A stretch of 64,000 bases of DNA from Lingula anatina (lineage: Eukaryota; Animalia; Brachiopoda), in the NCBI GenBank assembly GCA_051362555.1, contig CM120645.1, forward strand, positions 806,001 to 870,000, given 5' to 3'. The notes beneath the pieces were generated by a model. The model made no database searches. It had not been told where the DNA came from and saw nothing but the letters and a program-made list of their open reading frames with translations. Both the position numbers and the translations under genes were made by a program. This document shows positions 25,071 through 38,025 of the stretch, in pieces. Position 1 is the stretch's first letter. Each line of letters opens with the position of its first letter.

Positions 25071-27299
25071 TTACTTGGAATAAGTAGTGCCTTAATGGCC
25101 AAAACCACATTTCCAAAATGGCGGAAAGATGCCCAAGATGCCCAAGTTGGCCTTTGCCCTCATCAAGTGTGGTTTTCTGTATCCCATCAGATTGACTGGT
25201 TTTATGCTACAGGAAGCGTTAGTACCTTTCACAAACCTCCAAAACCAATCAAAATAAGTCAAGATGCCATGTAGCGCGCGCGCGCGCGCGTGTGTGTGTG
25301 TGGGGGGGGGGGGGGGGGGGAGGGGGGGCATTAAGTCAACTCTATCACTTTAAAGCCAGACTTCTCTCAATACAGAAAAATGTAATAGATATTCAAATCT
25401 ATTGGTACGATTTTCTGTGTTGCAAGATTTGAGAGATGAGAAAAGGCCTTCACCTGGCAGCACTGCCCCACTCTACCTTGTGGGTTCAACCCAATTTGCA
25501 TGCTAATATGCCCCTGGCAAAGGATCCACAAGGCAACAGGATTTGTTTCTCCTTGTAGCTGCTAATGGGCTGTATTATGGGCCATGAAGTAATTTGAGTC
25601 CCATATAATAACAAGCTGCTAGATCAGCCAATGTGTTCTCATTTAAAGAATGAGACTCAGAATATTGAAAAAAAAAATTATTAAAAACAAAAAAGCCACA
25701 TTAAACAGTATTTTCATTTTGCAGCTGCTGCGTAGCTGTAGAAAAAAATACTTAGGCAGCATGCAATTTTCAATAAAAAGATTAAACAAATTTGTTTGAC
25801 TGAAGCAATTACTTGGAACCACACTTTAAAGTTCCAGTTTTAGCACGCTCGGACTTCAAGAATAACTCACTAGTACCTACTTGACTTAAAACAATTGGTG
25901 GGTTTTTTGCAAGCTTTTGTCAGGGTTCTCGCTATTTGCATCTTTTTCTAGACTGCAGACAAAATGGCCAAAGATGTCAGGTATTGTACCCAGGAGTCAT
26001 ATGTATATTCTAAACTGAAAAAGAGCAATATTTCTCCTCTTTCTTTATAGTTTAATGAAAAAAGGGATAAGGTTCTTGATTTTATCATATCCCAGTAATA
26101 CAGCTTGGGCGTTACTGCCAGAATTCAAAGGGCAAGTAATATAAGCGGCCATTAAAGGTACACAAAAGAGGATCTTGGCTCAAAATTTCATACTTAAGCT
26201 TGGGGGAAATCCAACCTTTAATCTTCCTTATTTGACACTCTCCATAACTCTGTAACAATTTTGGAAGAAGCCAAACATCAAAACCCATGGGTTGGTGGAG
26301 ATTCTTAACTTTTGTCATTCATTTCCGCTCAACTTCAACATATCAGGGGTGGGGAATGTGATATTTTTAAAACGATATTAAAGAAGGCCATATTTCTGTC
26401 ATTTCATAATTTAAAAGTTTTAATTGCCCTCAGATAAGTTCAACAAGGTGCAATCCATGTACTAAGAATGCATTTTTATCCTTATTTTGTGTGGGATAAT
26501 GTCTGTACTTCGTTAAATATGTGAGGAATGTATTCTTGATTATATCCTGGACAAAGCAGAAGATTCAAACAGGAATGTGAGAGGACTTGCAGTAATGTCA
26601 GTTTTGCAGTAAATAACATGACATACAAACAGACCACAGATTATAAATTGGAACAATTGTACTGGATGCGATGATCGAATTTGAAAAATCCACAATAAAG
26701 CAGGGGTAAATTACTTTTTTATCTATCAAGATTTGTGGGTAAAATTATACACTGCACTTTTTTTTATTTCTGTATTCAGTGATCAAGACACCTGTTTTCT
26801 TTTTCAATTTATCTATACTGCGACACTGAATAAAAGACCAAAGATAGTCTCTAAAGACAGCATCAACGACATGATTGTCTAAATTCGGTAAATACGTAAT
26901 GCCATAACTAATTAAAAGTTCAACAAATTATCATAAATTTAACAAAATATTTCATATCAAAATTCTTGCTTTTATCTGTGTAAATGTTAGCAGAATATAA
27001 TATTGACAGGTTTGCATCTAACAACACGTGTGAGAGTGCTAACTGTCAATGTCGTATGTCAAACAGCCCAAAGCGACCAAACTATGAAATTGCGGGTCTT
27101 GATAAAATCACGAACAAACCGTCGTGTTTTGGATCAAAATCTGAAACTAAATCCCATACGAATCACGCAATCTGTATTCATAGATAAATCTTAATTAAAT
27201 ATTAATGTTTACATTCCAAGAGCAAGTCATGAATCGATAAAGAATTCCAATGACCTACTTTTTAAATATCATATGGTGGCTCGCAAGCTTTCAGAGCCC

Positions 27300-27560
27300 A
27301 TTGTCCAAAATCGGTCTTTACTTACACTCAAATCAAAATTTCAGCCCTAATTTCCATAACTTACCGGTAAAAATGTAAATAAAGGCAACTTGTTCTGATC
27401 ATCTCGCCACCTTCTGTCTAAAGAGCAATCGACCGGCCAGTATTAGTACATAAGCTTTGAGTTATCAATAATGCTTTTGTGTCTCTCTGTCTGAAAGAGC
27501 CCAAAATGGCGGTTGATCGTTGGACACCTTACATCCGGGAACTTCGGTGGTGAAAACTGG
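27300..27560 (-). promoter_or_regulatory. Probable promoter and first non-coding exon of the NRF1-like gene
   Basis: CpG-richer patch with a YY1 motif (CAAAATGGCGG, ~27502) and an ETS-like motif (ACATCCGG, ~27531). Minus-strand donor-like sites (gtaagt) occur at ~27322 and ~27360. The assignment to this gene is inferred. Confidence 0.45.
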
Positions 27561-28449
27561 AAGCAAGTTTTGGGTGGTGGAAATAATTAAATAAAATGAG
27601 AAAACTGGGTGAGAATTTCGGGATAATGGTTTAATAACATTCCCAATGAAATCGGATAAAATCATAAACAGTTTGATCCTGGATATAAATATTTTTTACA
27701 TTTGTGATTAAGCGATAGTTGTCCAATGGAAAAGGTTTCTGTTACCTGCATGTATGAGCACGTAACTGATTCTTATAACTTTCATTTCTAAATTCGAATG
27801 CGGAAGGCAAGGCTGATTTTAATTTCATATATATTACGTATATGAAATAAATAATGTTGAATTATTGGCAATTAAAATATTATCACTATATATTATTTTT
27901 TTCTTTTTTGTCCAACTGTATGCCAATTAAATAGGCATACATATTAATTAAATAGGCATCTACCAGAATAGGCCTAATGAGGAAATGTATTTTTGCGTAA
28001 AGTATTATAGAGGCAACATTGTTAGTACATTTTGTCCCGAAAGAAAGGCAAATGTGATAAGACTAGAAATGCAAAACTATTTAACTAGTCTACGTATACG
28101 CCCTTAAATAATGTCAACGCGATAGGTACAGTAGGCTAATTAACGTAATTAGGCCTATATATATGGTTCCACTCCAAGAATTTAGCAAGACCGACGAGAA
28201 AGCACAAAAGAGTGTACTTCGTTCTACGACGATAAGACAACATGCAGCTGGGTTTTACCATAGAAGTAACCTAGTAGATCTACAGCGAATCTAGGAGCGT
28301 GCGATCTTATTATTACATCAATTGCACACCGGTTGTTTCATATCGACATGTGTGCTCGATATGAGCATTATATACATATATGTATACGCCTGTTAAATGT
28401 CAGGCATGCAAATAGTTTTACTTTATCAACGGTCCCTCAGCGGCCTTAA

Positions 28450-28705
28450 TGCGTCACAGTTCAGACGATTAGGCGTGGCAGAATCTCAATGACGTCATGG
28501 GCACACATCTAAAAATAGACAATGACGTCACCGTGATAACATTTGTATTTGGCTTTGAGAGGCATACATGATGGCAATTTACGTCACGTTTTGTATTCCT
28601 CCATCTTCAAATTAGGCCGAAATATATTCAGACAGGGTCGCGGCTTATATATATTCATGTACATCAGACCGCATTCTTTGTTTGTAATGCACATACGCTG
28701 ACGTT
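28450..28705. promoter_or_regulatory. CRE / MEF2 / CRE / TATA motif cluster
   Basis: TGACGTCA at 28490 and 28523, CTAAAAATAG at 28509, TTACGTCA at 28579, TGCGTCA at 28450 and TATATATA at 28646. Confidence 0.6.
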
Positions 28706-30299
28706 CTTTTATTTACAGAGATTTTTATTTCAAGACTCGAAACCATTCACCATACCGTGTTAGTGTATTCACACTGAAAATATTGTTTATGTTCGACGGC
28801 AGCCAAGAAACGACCCCAAAGTAAAGACATATTTAACTGTAGGAGCCTACATGTAGGCCTAATTAGTACCATAAAAAGGATTTTGATTTTAAATGCAAGT
28901 AAGATAGCTGCTCTTTAAATGATTTGTACTGTTCAAAAGGAATTGTTCGTTAAAAAGATATATGTCTGATATGTGGATGTAATATAAGTCAAATGATTTT
29001 AGTGCAAGAAGCTCTATATATTTTCTTTCACTTCAGTGATAATAGCCCAAAGGCCTAGACAAAGAAGCCCATCGCGTCGGTCAAGGTCGGACGTCCAAGG
29101 TCAGTCGCTCCTTTGCTGCCGGCCCATTGATTTGTCATACAATGTCGGGATAAATGCTGGCCTCTCTATCAGTTATACATATGAGGGGAATGTTCAATAT
29201 GGAGTGCTGTGATCTAAAAACATTTCTCTCCCCCCCTTTAATCTCTTTATTGTGTCTGTGAAACCGGTCAAAAAATAGATCCTTGATTATACTTACAGGT
29301 ATATTCTATCATTTTTATTCGTAGCCGCACCGAACTCTAAAGTTTGCAATTTTTTACAATACGTTCGATCATTCTCTCTATAACGGTACCTTTGAAGAAA
29401 AAAAAGCGAAAAATGACGTTTAAGATACATTCGCGAATTCTCTTTTTTCTAAAACTCGGGTGACAGAAAATGATAAATCTGGCCTTTTGTGCAAATCATG
29501 GACAATTTTAAAAATCGTGCCTTGCTAGTAAGGGGAGTTTTTGTTTTCAGTAACGTAACGAAGGTTTTAGCAACGCAAGTTTTAAAAATAAAAACCTTTT
29601 GGACGATTATCGCACGTTATTAATACTAACAAAAATTACATTGTGCAACATGTTGCCCTCAATATATCATTCACACTTTACACAATGCCCAGCCTGGTAA
29701 CCAAGCATATGTGTGTGTGTGTGTGTGTGTGTGTGTCTCTGTGTGTGTGCATTCGCAAGCGTATCTTATACGCCAAATAATTTCAATTCCACCAAATAGT
29801 GAAATGAATATAAGTTATTAGAAATATTATTTATACTGTAATTTAGCTCAATACTTCGAGCCAAGATTTTTTTTACCGTTATTTTTGGCATTTTCTTGGT
29901 ATATCGTCGGGTGCACAGCGGTCGTTTTAAATTAGTCACACGGTGACGTCGTTGGTGTTTACGATGCCCGGATGTTGCTTGTTCATATGCATGCCAAGGG
30001 CAGACATGAATTATACGAGTAACAAAATCTAACACAAACTAACGCACAGAATTGCCTGCGGTTTACAAACCAAAAATCCCGTATATAAACGCATAGGCCA
30101 GACTTCGTTAATATTTCGTTCAACGGTCCCATCGGTCCCATGTTTTTCTTCATATATGAATGTAGGCCTAAAAGTAAAGTAGGACTGAAATCATAGGTTT
30201 TTGCCGCTAAATTAATGAAGACAGATTTCTACTTCATGTGTTGATAAAAGACTGATAACTGAGATCTGTATTTTGCTTACACAGCTGTTATGTATACCT

Positions 30300-32595
30300 G
30301 ATAACAGAGCTAATATAGCATATTGGCACTGAGGAACAACGATGCCGTTAAAGAATGTTTTAACAAGGCAGCAAAGCTGTCAAATGTACAGACAAAAAGC
30401 AGGAAATAACTATGCACAAAATAGGCTACTGTCAATTCTGATGCAAAAGTACATATGTTAAACTGCAAATTCAACATCAAATTTTAATTATGCTCAACAG
30501 GTAATACCAATGTAAGTAAAATGTGTAACAAGCATAAGGCTTCAGGCCCATGGCAGTTCAAGTTCACACTTTGAAAATGTATAACTTCCAGAAAAAGAAG
30601 CCAATTAGACTGCTTTTCCAACTCAGGCTGCATTTTAGTCCTGTATTTCTTTTCTGAACGTTTGGCAATCATCAGTAACATGGTTTTCCCATAATGGTCA
30701 TCATGGCAGCAGCACCCAAAATTGTGTTTTCTTCTATTCTGATGCAATATTACATAGTGGTTAACAGCATAATGACCGTCAGTTTTTAATAATAAAATAT
30801 ACGTATCATGGATTTTCAGAAAATGTGACTAGCATGGGTCTTCAAGCCCATGGAACTTCAAAGTCACACCTTGAAAATGCCAATATGTGAAAAATTAAAT
30901 TTTCACAAAAAAAAACTGTTTAACTAGCAGAAAGAATTACCAAACAGACTGCATTGCCTACCGAAGCTGTATCTTAGTCCCATGTTTCTTTCCTGTAAGT
31001 TTGAGAACAGTAAGTGACATGATTTTTCTTAAATGGTCATCATGGGAGCAGTGCCCAAAATATTTTTTTCCAAATTTTGATGCAATATTACATAACGTTT
31101 AACAGCATAATGACCATCAATTTTTAATAATAAAATATTAGTATTATGGATATTCAGAAAATGTGACTAGCAAAGGTCTTCAGGCCCATGGAACTTCAAA
31201 GTCACAACTTGAAAATGCCAAAATGTAAACAAGACAGCACTGTTCTGAAATGTTTTTTTTTTTTTTCCATTTTTAACACTTTTTTAACATAAAACAAAAT
31301 TAACAGCTTACTGCCATTTTTATATGATCAACTAAGAAAATTGATGAGATGTGAAAAATATCAATAAAACGGTGTCAAATGTCCAATTTCCTCCATTCTG
31401 AGTTTCTGAACATAGTGAATGATTGAATCTTACAAACTGCAATGATATGAGTTTATTTCCATTTTTGAAACTTTATTACACAATACACGATTACAAGTTT
31501 ACCATCATTTTTACGTTATCAACTAACAGTGTTGTAAAGATGCAGGAAATGTCAAACAAACACTTTTACGTATCTTATCAATTAAATAATGAAACTGTTA
31601 ACATGCCTAAAAATTGAATCTGAGGAAATGTGAAACAAGACAGCACTATTCTGAAATGGGTTTATTTCCATTTTTAACACTTTTTTAACATAAAACAAAA
31701 TTAACAGTTTACTGCCATTTTTATATGATCAACTAAGAAAATTGATGAGATGTGAAAAATATCAATAGAACAGTGTCAAATGTCCAATTTCCTCCATTCT
31801 GAGTTTCTGAACATAGTGAATGATTGAATCTTACAAACTGCAATGATATGAGTTTATTTCCATTTTTGACACCTTATTACACAATACACGATTACAAGTT
31901 TACCATCATTTTTACGTTATCAACTAACAATGTTGTAAAGATACAGGAAATGTCAAACAAACACTTTTACGTATCTTATTAATTAAATAATGAGACTGTT
32001 AACATGCCTAAGAATTGAATCTGAGGAAATGTGAAAAAACAGCATAACTTATAAAATAATGGTCCGATTATGCTGATTTTCGAACTTGACCTGCGTTTTA
32101 GTAAGATTGATTACTCCTGTGAGTTTCATGACAACAGGCCTATGGGTTTTCCTTGAAATGTGTTAACAGTGTTGCATATATGCTGAAAAGTGAAAAAACA
32201 GCATAACTACTAAAATAGTGGCCCGATCATGCCGATTTTCGAACTTGATCTGCGTTTAAGTAAGATTGATTACTCCTGTGAGTTTTATGACAACAGGCCT
32301 ATCAGTTTTCCTTGAAACGTGTTAACAGTGTTGTATATATGCTGAAAAGTGAAGAAACAGCATAAATTCTACAATAATGGCCCGATCATGCTGATTTTCG
32401 AACTTGACCTGTGTTTTATGAATATTCATCAGCTCTGTAAATATAAAGCCAAAAAGTAAAACTGTCTTCCACTTATGGTGTTAACGCTGAAAGTGCACGG
32501 CGACGGCGACGGCGACATGATCGGCGACGGCGACGGCGACGACAGACGCAGGTGATGGCAATATGTACAGACACATCTGTGTCTGTACATAAAAA
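30300..32595 (+). mobile_element. Non-autonomous HINE/DINE-1-like (Helentron-associated) element with nested internal tandem repeats
   Basis: The 3' end has a (GACGGC)n microsatellite (32498-32545), then GATGGCAATA, then a perfect 14-bp palindrome TATGTACAGACACA-tc-TGTGTCTGTACATA (32562-32591) and an A-run. Internal repeats have periods of ~300-340 (30543/30843/31181), ~407 (31228/31635) and ~160 (32037/32197/32356). The left boundary is uncertain. Confidence 0.7.
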
Positions 32596-35500
32596 TTACA
32601 GTCCGACAGTCAACGTTGCAGTTCAGATTTAAAAAAAAGACAAAGATAGAAATAAAAACACCAAGTAAATACTTATTTAAAAGCCAGGAGAGTGACCCAG
32701 TGGATCTAGAGCATTTGCTTATTCATAATAGACCCGCGCCTTTCATTCTAATCTCTTTTCAAAAACATAACGAACATGTGATCGTTAAAACAGAACAGAA
32801 TTGAAAAAAACTTAATATAAACTTTCAAGATAATAAACAACGATGTTTTGCGATCTTTGTTTGGCGGTATCAAAATAAATAAATAAATAAATAAAACATG
32901 TAAACCATTCGAGTCTATGACTGAACTGAAACGTTCACATTTCGTTAAAGCGAGAATAATTTCCCAGTTTAGAATGAAATGGAAACCGTAACGCACATGT
33001 TAACGTTTCAGGAAATGGTCCCACTGCCATAACCACGAAGTAAACACGAGGAACCGGTTCTGTCACTGTGACCTCGAGGAAATTAATGTTCAATTTAGGG
33101 GCATAGTTTGGATATATGTCCTTTTGAAAAGGTGGATTACTTGAGATAGAAAATGGATGCCAATCAAGACATAGTGACCGGCTTCAAATACCAGGCTTTA
33201 GGTACCATGATTTTTCTCACAGTTACTGTAAGCTAAGATAAATTGAATATTTTTCCTATGTCAAAGAATATCGATGTGGAATAAGACATCAAATGTGCCA
33301 GTAACATATTTAGAGGAATGGAGAAATGTTACAATTTTTTTAATCCTTTAAAATGCGAGCGCCAATAATAGAGCGCAGCTCTCTTAGGAAGGTTACAGGT
33401 TTTACGTCATCACTTTCACAAGTTCTCCATAGGTTCGTTATACCCCCTTTACACTGGACGGCGTCCTTTCTGCGAGTTTCAAAAGGCTGTGAAAAGTCAT
33501 CCATAACCCCTACATGCACTCTTTTCTACGGCTCTTTCCGCCCGACTGGCAATGTAAGAAACTACATATATGCGACTTGCCCAAAGAGGGTGTTCCGAAA
33601 CCCATGGTCTTACTCGTTTTATACAAAAGGTAATTATTTAAGCTAAAGAGAATAAAAGATAGTTTACTTTTATTTTATTCATTCATTTATCATTTATTTA
33701 GTTTTTGTTGAAAGATACAGATTTTGGTTCAAGATTAATTGACTAATTTTCCCCATATTTAGCAACAATAAAACATGGAGGGACCAGTCCATATAATGTT
33801 TAACATATTTATTTTATAAAGACCGTTTTCAGTGTATAAATGCCCAGGAGATGTGAAGGGCATTGTTATTATATCCAGATTTTTACAGAAGCTATACATT
33901 TTAGGTTACACAGCACTGTTGGCTGCCACTGAAATAATAAGTGATGGAAAATGTCATTAGCAGAGGAGTTTACTTGTTAACCTTGACTGAGGAAAATTCA
34001 AATTGATATTGTCCTCGCTTATAGACAATTCTTCAAGTGCAAGGCTGAATTTTTTTACATCAATACACGTGGATAAACGACACATTAATGCCTTCATACA
34101 ATTACTGAAGGATGGTATTATAATTTACAGTTTTGATTTTCTGATATGTACAATACCTTACAAAGTGGTAAAAACAATCTTTAAAGTTTTCTCAATAAAA
34201 TTGTATATGGTATGATATATACACACTATCAATGGATCATGTCACCAAAGACCCGGGTGAAGAGAGATTATGTATTATGCATCCAAACAAGGTCAAAAAG
34301 GTCACTAATATTCCAAGAAAACATTTGTTAAAATACTCCTATCTTAACAATCTTTGTAAACACTGAATATACAGTTTTGTGCAGAGAAGATGCCATTACG
34401 GATACGCTTACTTCAAAAACTATTAACTTGTCTTACGTACGCCCCTTAAGAGGACAAAAGAATTGTGTGAAAATCCGTAGGCTAAAGGACAATGCCGACT
34501 TACGTACATCTTACTCACATCTTACGTACATCTTACACACATGCAGCGATGAGTAAGAAGGGGTGGGCTTACGCAAATAGGGTGACGGCGGGGTGTTTCT
34601 CGCCTTTCGGCAACACACAATCATGTGTGAAAACAGGCGTGATATATGATCTCGCTTAATTGTGGGTTATTAAATCGTCCTGTGTTACGCTGCGACGCGA
34701 CCCTTTGCTCTGGTTAGAATGGGATGATTAAGAGTTATTCACATTGATTTACTGATTTCTTGTAAATGATACCTTTGTCAACGTGTCGATGATACGTCAC
34801 TGTGTTGTGGTCTATAATACTGCAGGTCCAGTTTCCCGCTAACTGTGATGCAACCCAGGCATAACTTTGACTAAGTGAGTCAGTGAGCCGACTTTAAAAT
34901 GTCCAAAAAAATAAATAAATAAATAACATTTAAACCCAAAATAATTTCCCTTTTTTTCACCGACGTCAGACTAATCATACTGTTCAATCGGAGTAACATA
35001 AATGCGAAAACTCGTAATAAGTTTCACGGCACTTTCACGTCACATAACTGCGTACAAATTTAACGAAGGCCATTTGTGCCAAGGTAAACGCTTGGTTCAT
35101 TTCCTCTAGCTTCCGGTTTTTAAGCCAATCAGTACTTCGTTGACATTTTACACTACACCTACGACTACATGTGTCAAATTAATGCAAAATGGCGGGAAAG
35201 TGGGCTGGAATAGCCGTCTTGATTTAAGCAGGAATTTGATCACTGTTGTGAGGCTCAGTTTATAGTGAAGGAGGTTTTATATCTTCTTCTGCTTGCTTGA
35301 CTATCGCCAGAGGCTTAAGGTGTGAATATCACTGTAACACTACCTTTGTTAAACGCACAATTACAGGCCAGTCATTATCGGTGGGGTGAGGGGGGAGTTA
35401 AACGCTACATCTATTGTATTACAATATATAGAGCCTGTGTCGGCTTTGACAAGAGTCAGTATGGTGAACAATTCTAGATAGTAAAGAGGTGCTAATAGTA

Positions 35501-37586
35501 ATCCGTAATTATGCCGTTTCTGTAGCACATCCCTCCATCCTTGATTTTAGTTTGCTAACTAGTCGATACCCTATTTAGCGCAGTCTAATTTTAAGAGTAT
35601 TGTTTTTTTTTTTTTTTTTTTTTTTACCCGTAAAAGCAACGTCCAATCCTATGTAATGAACATCAAACTTACAGATCACACCAACAACATAACATCTTAA
35701 CGGAATCTCTTTCTGTAATGTTTGAGTTAATTGATGGTGGGAAAAGTCTTATTATTCAATGATTATAATAATTGTAGAAATAGGGCTACATGTAGTCGCA
35801 CAAAAGCACATTCCTTAATACTGTGATCAATTCCAGGGTGTAGGGTTTCGTATATTTTGAAACTGCACTATTAACTTACCAACTTTGGACAGCTGGCTTG
35901 CAGACAGCTCTGTGCTTTAGATTTCCTCTTGGGATGATAATTTCACTGTTGTCAGGTGCTGGTTTCGTATCGGCAGTTGCCGCAGGGAGCGTGATTGAAA
36001 TCAAACTTGGCACATCTTGAAAGTTTAAGTCGGACAAAAGATTTTCAGGTGACACTTTGAATCAGAGCTGCCACGTAAGCTAACTGTTTAATTACTGCAA
36101 CGTACAGGTAAATTGAGAGCTCCGATAAGATCGCCATCTTCCTATCTCTCCATCAACATATTTCTTGAGACTGCCTTTATTTTCGTTCACTGTTCAACAA
36201 GGATAATTATCAAACGAAGAACATTGTATGAAGAAGGGATTTTTATTTATTATTTTATTCATGAAACAATAAGAAATCTGCTCGTTTCAGCAGAAGAACG
36301 GGAATATAAAACTATTAATTTAAAATAAAGTTCTTTGAAAATTGCAATTTAAAATAAAGGTATTAAAAAACTGCTTGCTTAAATCATTCCATCAAGATAC
36401 ACGTGAACTAAGTCTGGATCGAATAAGTTGTATGGATAATGTCATATAAGAATATTTGCTATATAAATATATGCCAGACATTTCCTTTATTGCGATAAAT
36501 AAAATATTCTGATATAAATTCGAAAAAGAAAACACAAAAGAAACATCCGTCGCCAGTAATAGGTGCTGGTGACAGTCCGTATCGGTAACGTATAATGTGA
36601 CAGAACGAGCTTGCATGCACCAAACCAAGCAAAGTTCAACCAAAAAAATTGTAACATTTATTGGTAATGATAGCCGGTCAGATTTCATGAAAACATTATA
36701 TAACCATGCTGTAGTCTTTGATCATTGTGTGGACACATATAAATTATTGTGATGTACAATTATGTTGCCTGCAAGTTCCTTCAGTTAAGAAAAACCCTTA
36801 TCTATGGTGAATTTTAATGGCTTAATACAAGAGCATTTTTTATATGCTCGCTTTCGACCTGTTTTAAAGTTGTGGTTCATTAGTAAGACGTTGGTACCAA
36901 AGAAAACAGCTTAATTCAAATGAAGGTCTTCAAACTAATATGTAGAAGTGTTATATCCAGTTGCCGTTAGGATATTTCTGGTAACAAAATTGTAATGACG
37001 GTAAGCGAGCGTCGATATTCGTCAGAAACCAGGTGAGATCGTTGATTAGGGATGGTGGGTATAAATAATGGAAAAATGGTGCTTGGGTACAGCCATAATT
37101 TGACGTACGAGTCACTGGATATTATCGTCGTCGTCTTAATCTCCGATTGAATACTCCGCGCCGCTTCATAATTAAAAGTAAAGAAAAAAAACGCGTTTGG
37201 ATAGATTACCCGGTCCCTGTTGTTTTTCGTGATCGAAAAGGTTGGGGCAAAGCCAGGTTAAACTGCAATCAATTATATTCTCAAAATTTATAATAATGTG
37301 AGCATTTCAATGTAATAATTTGAGCTGAAATTGATACCTCTAGGAAAAACGTAAAATACACCGTCTTATTTGGGTTATTGTTCCTTTATTTTCAATATTC
37401 AGAATCAACAACACATGGGAATTTCAAAATCTACAACACAATTTACAGCAAAAAAAAAAAAAAAAAAAAACAAACTGTAACTATGTGCGCAGCAAAAACG
37501 CCTGTTGAAACAATTTTAGGAGTGACATTAATTTGTAACCGAGCCTTGAGAACCAAGACATCGTGAAGAGAGAAAATGCTATCTTA

Positions 37587-38025
37587 AACCTAGGTCCCAA
37601 CTACGTTTTGGACGCACGGTTTTTAGGCTCCTTGCGTCCGTCTAGGGCGTAGCTAAATCGCAGGGAGGGAATCAAATAAAGCCTAGATCCCAACCGAAAG
37701 TATGGGCTGCTATGCGTGGTCTACGGCCAAAAAATGGGGGAAAACGTGGGAGTTCGTGCGTGAGGAGCACGTCCATCGTGCGACTTTTGGAGGACGCAAA
37801 CAGCACGTAGAAACTTTTCGACATGATCAACAGCCGCTTCGTGCGATCTTGCTACGTCCTAGCCGGACGCAAGGAACCTAAAAGCCGTGCGTGGAAAACG
37901 TAATTGGGACCTAAGCTTAACTTTTCGACATGATCAACAGCCGCTACGTGCGATCTTGCTACGTCCTAGCCGGACGCAAGGAACCTAAAATACCGTGCGT
38001 GGAAAACGTATTTGGGACCTAGGCT
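37587..38025. mobile_element. MITE with ~65-bp TIRs and TTA TSD (PIF/Harbinger-like); right terminus tandemly duplicated
   Basis: Left end AACCTAGGTCCCAACTACGTTTTGGACGCACGG...; right end ...CCGTGCGTGGAAAACGTATTTGGGACCTAGGCT. TTA at 37584-86 and 38026-28. A ~107-bp right-end segment is present twice (~37812-37918 and ~37919-38025). Confidence 0.8.
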
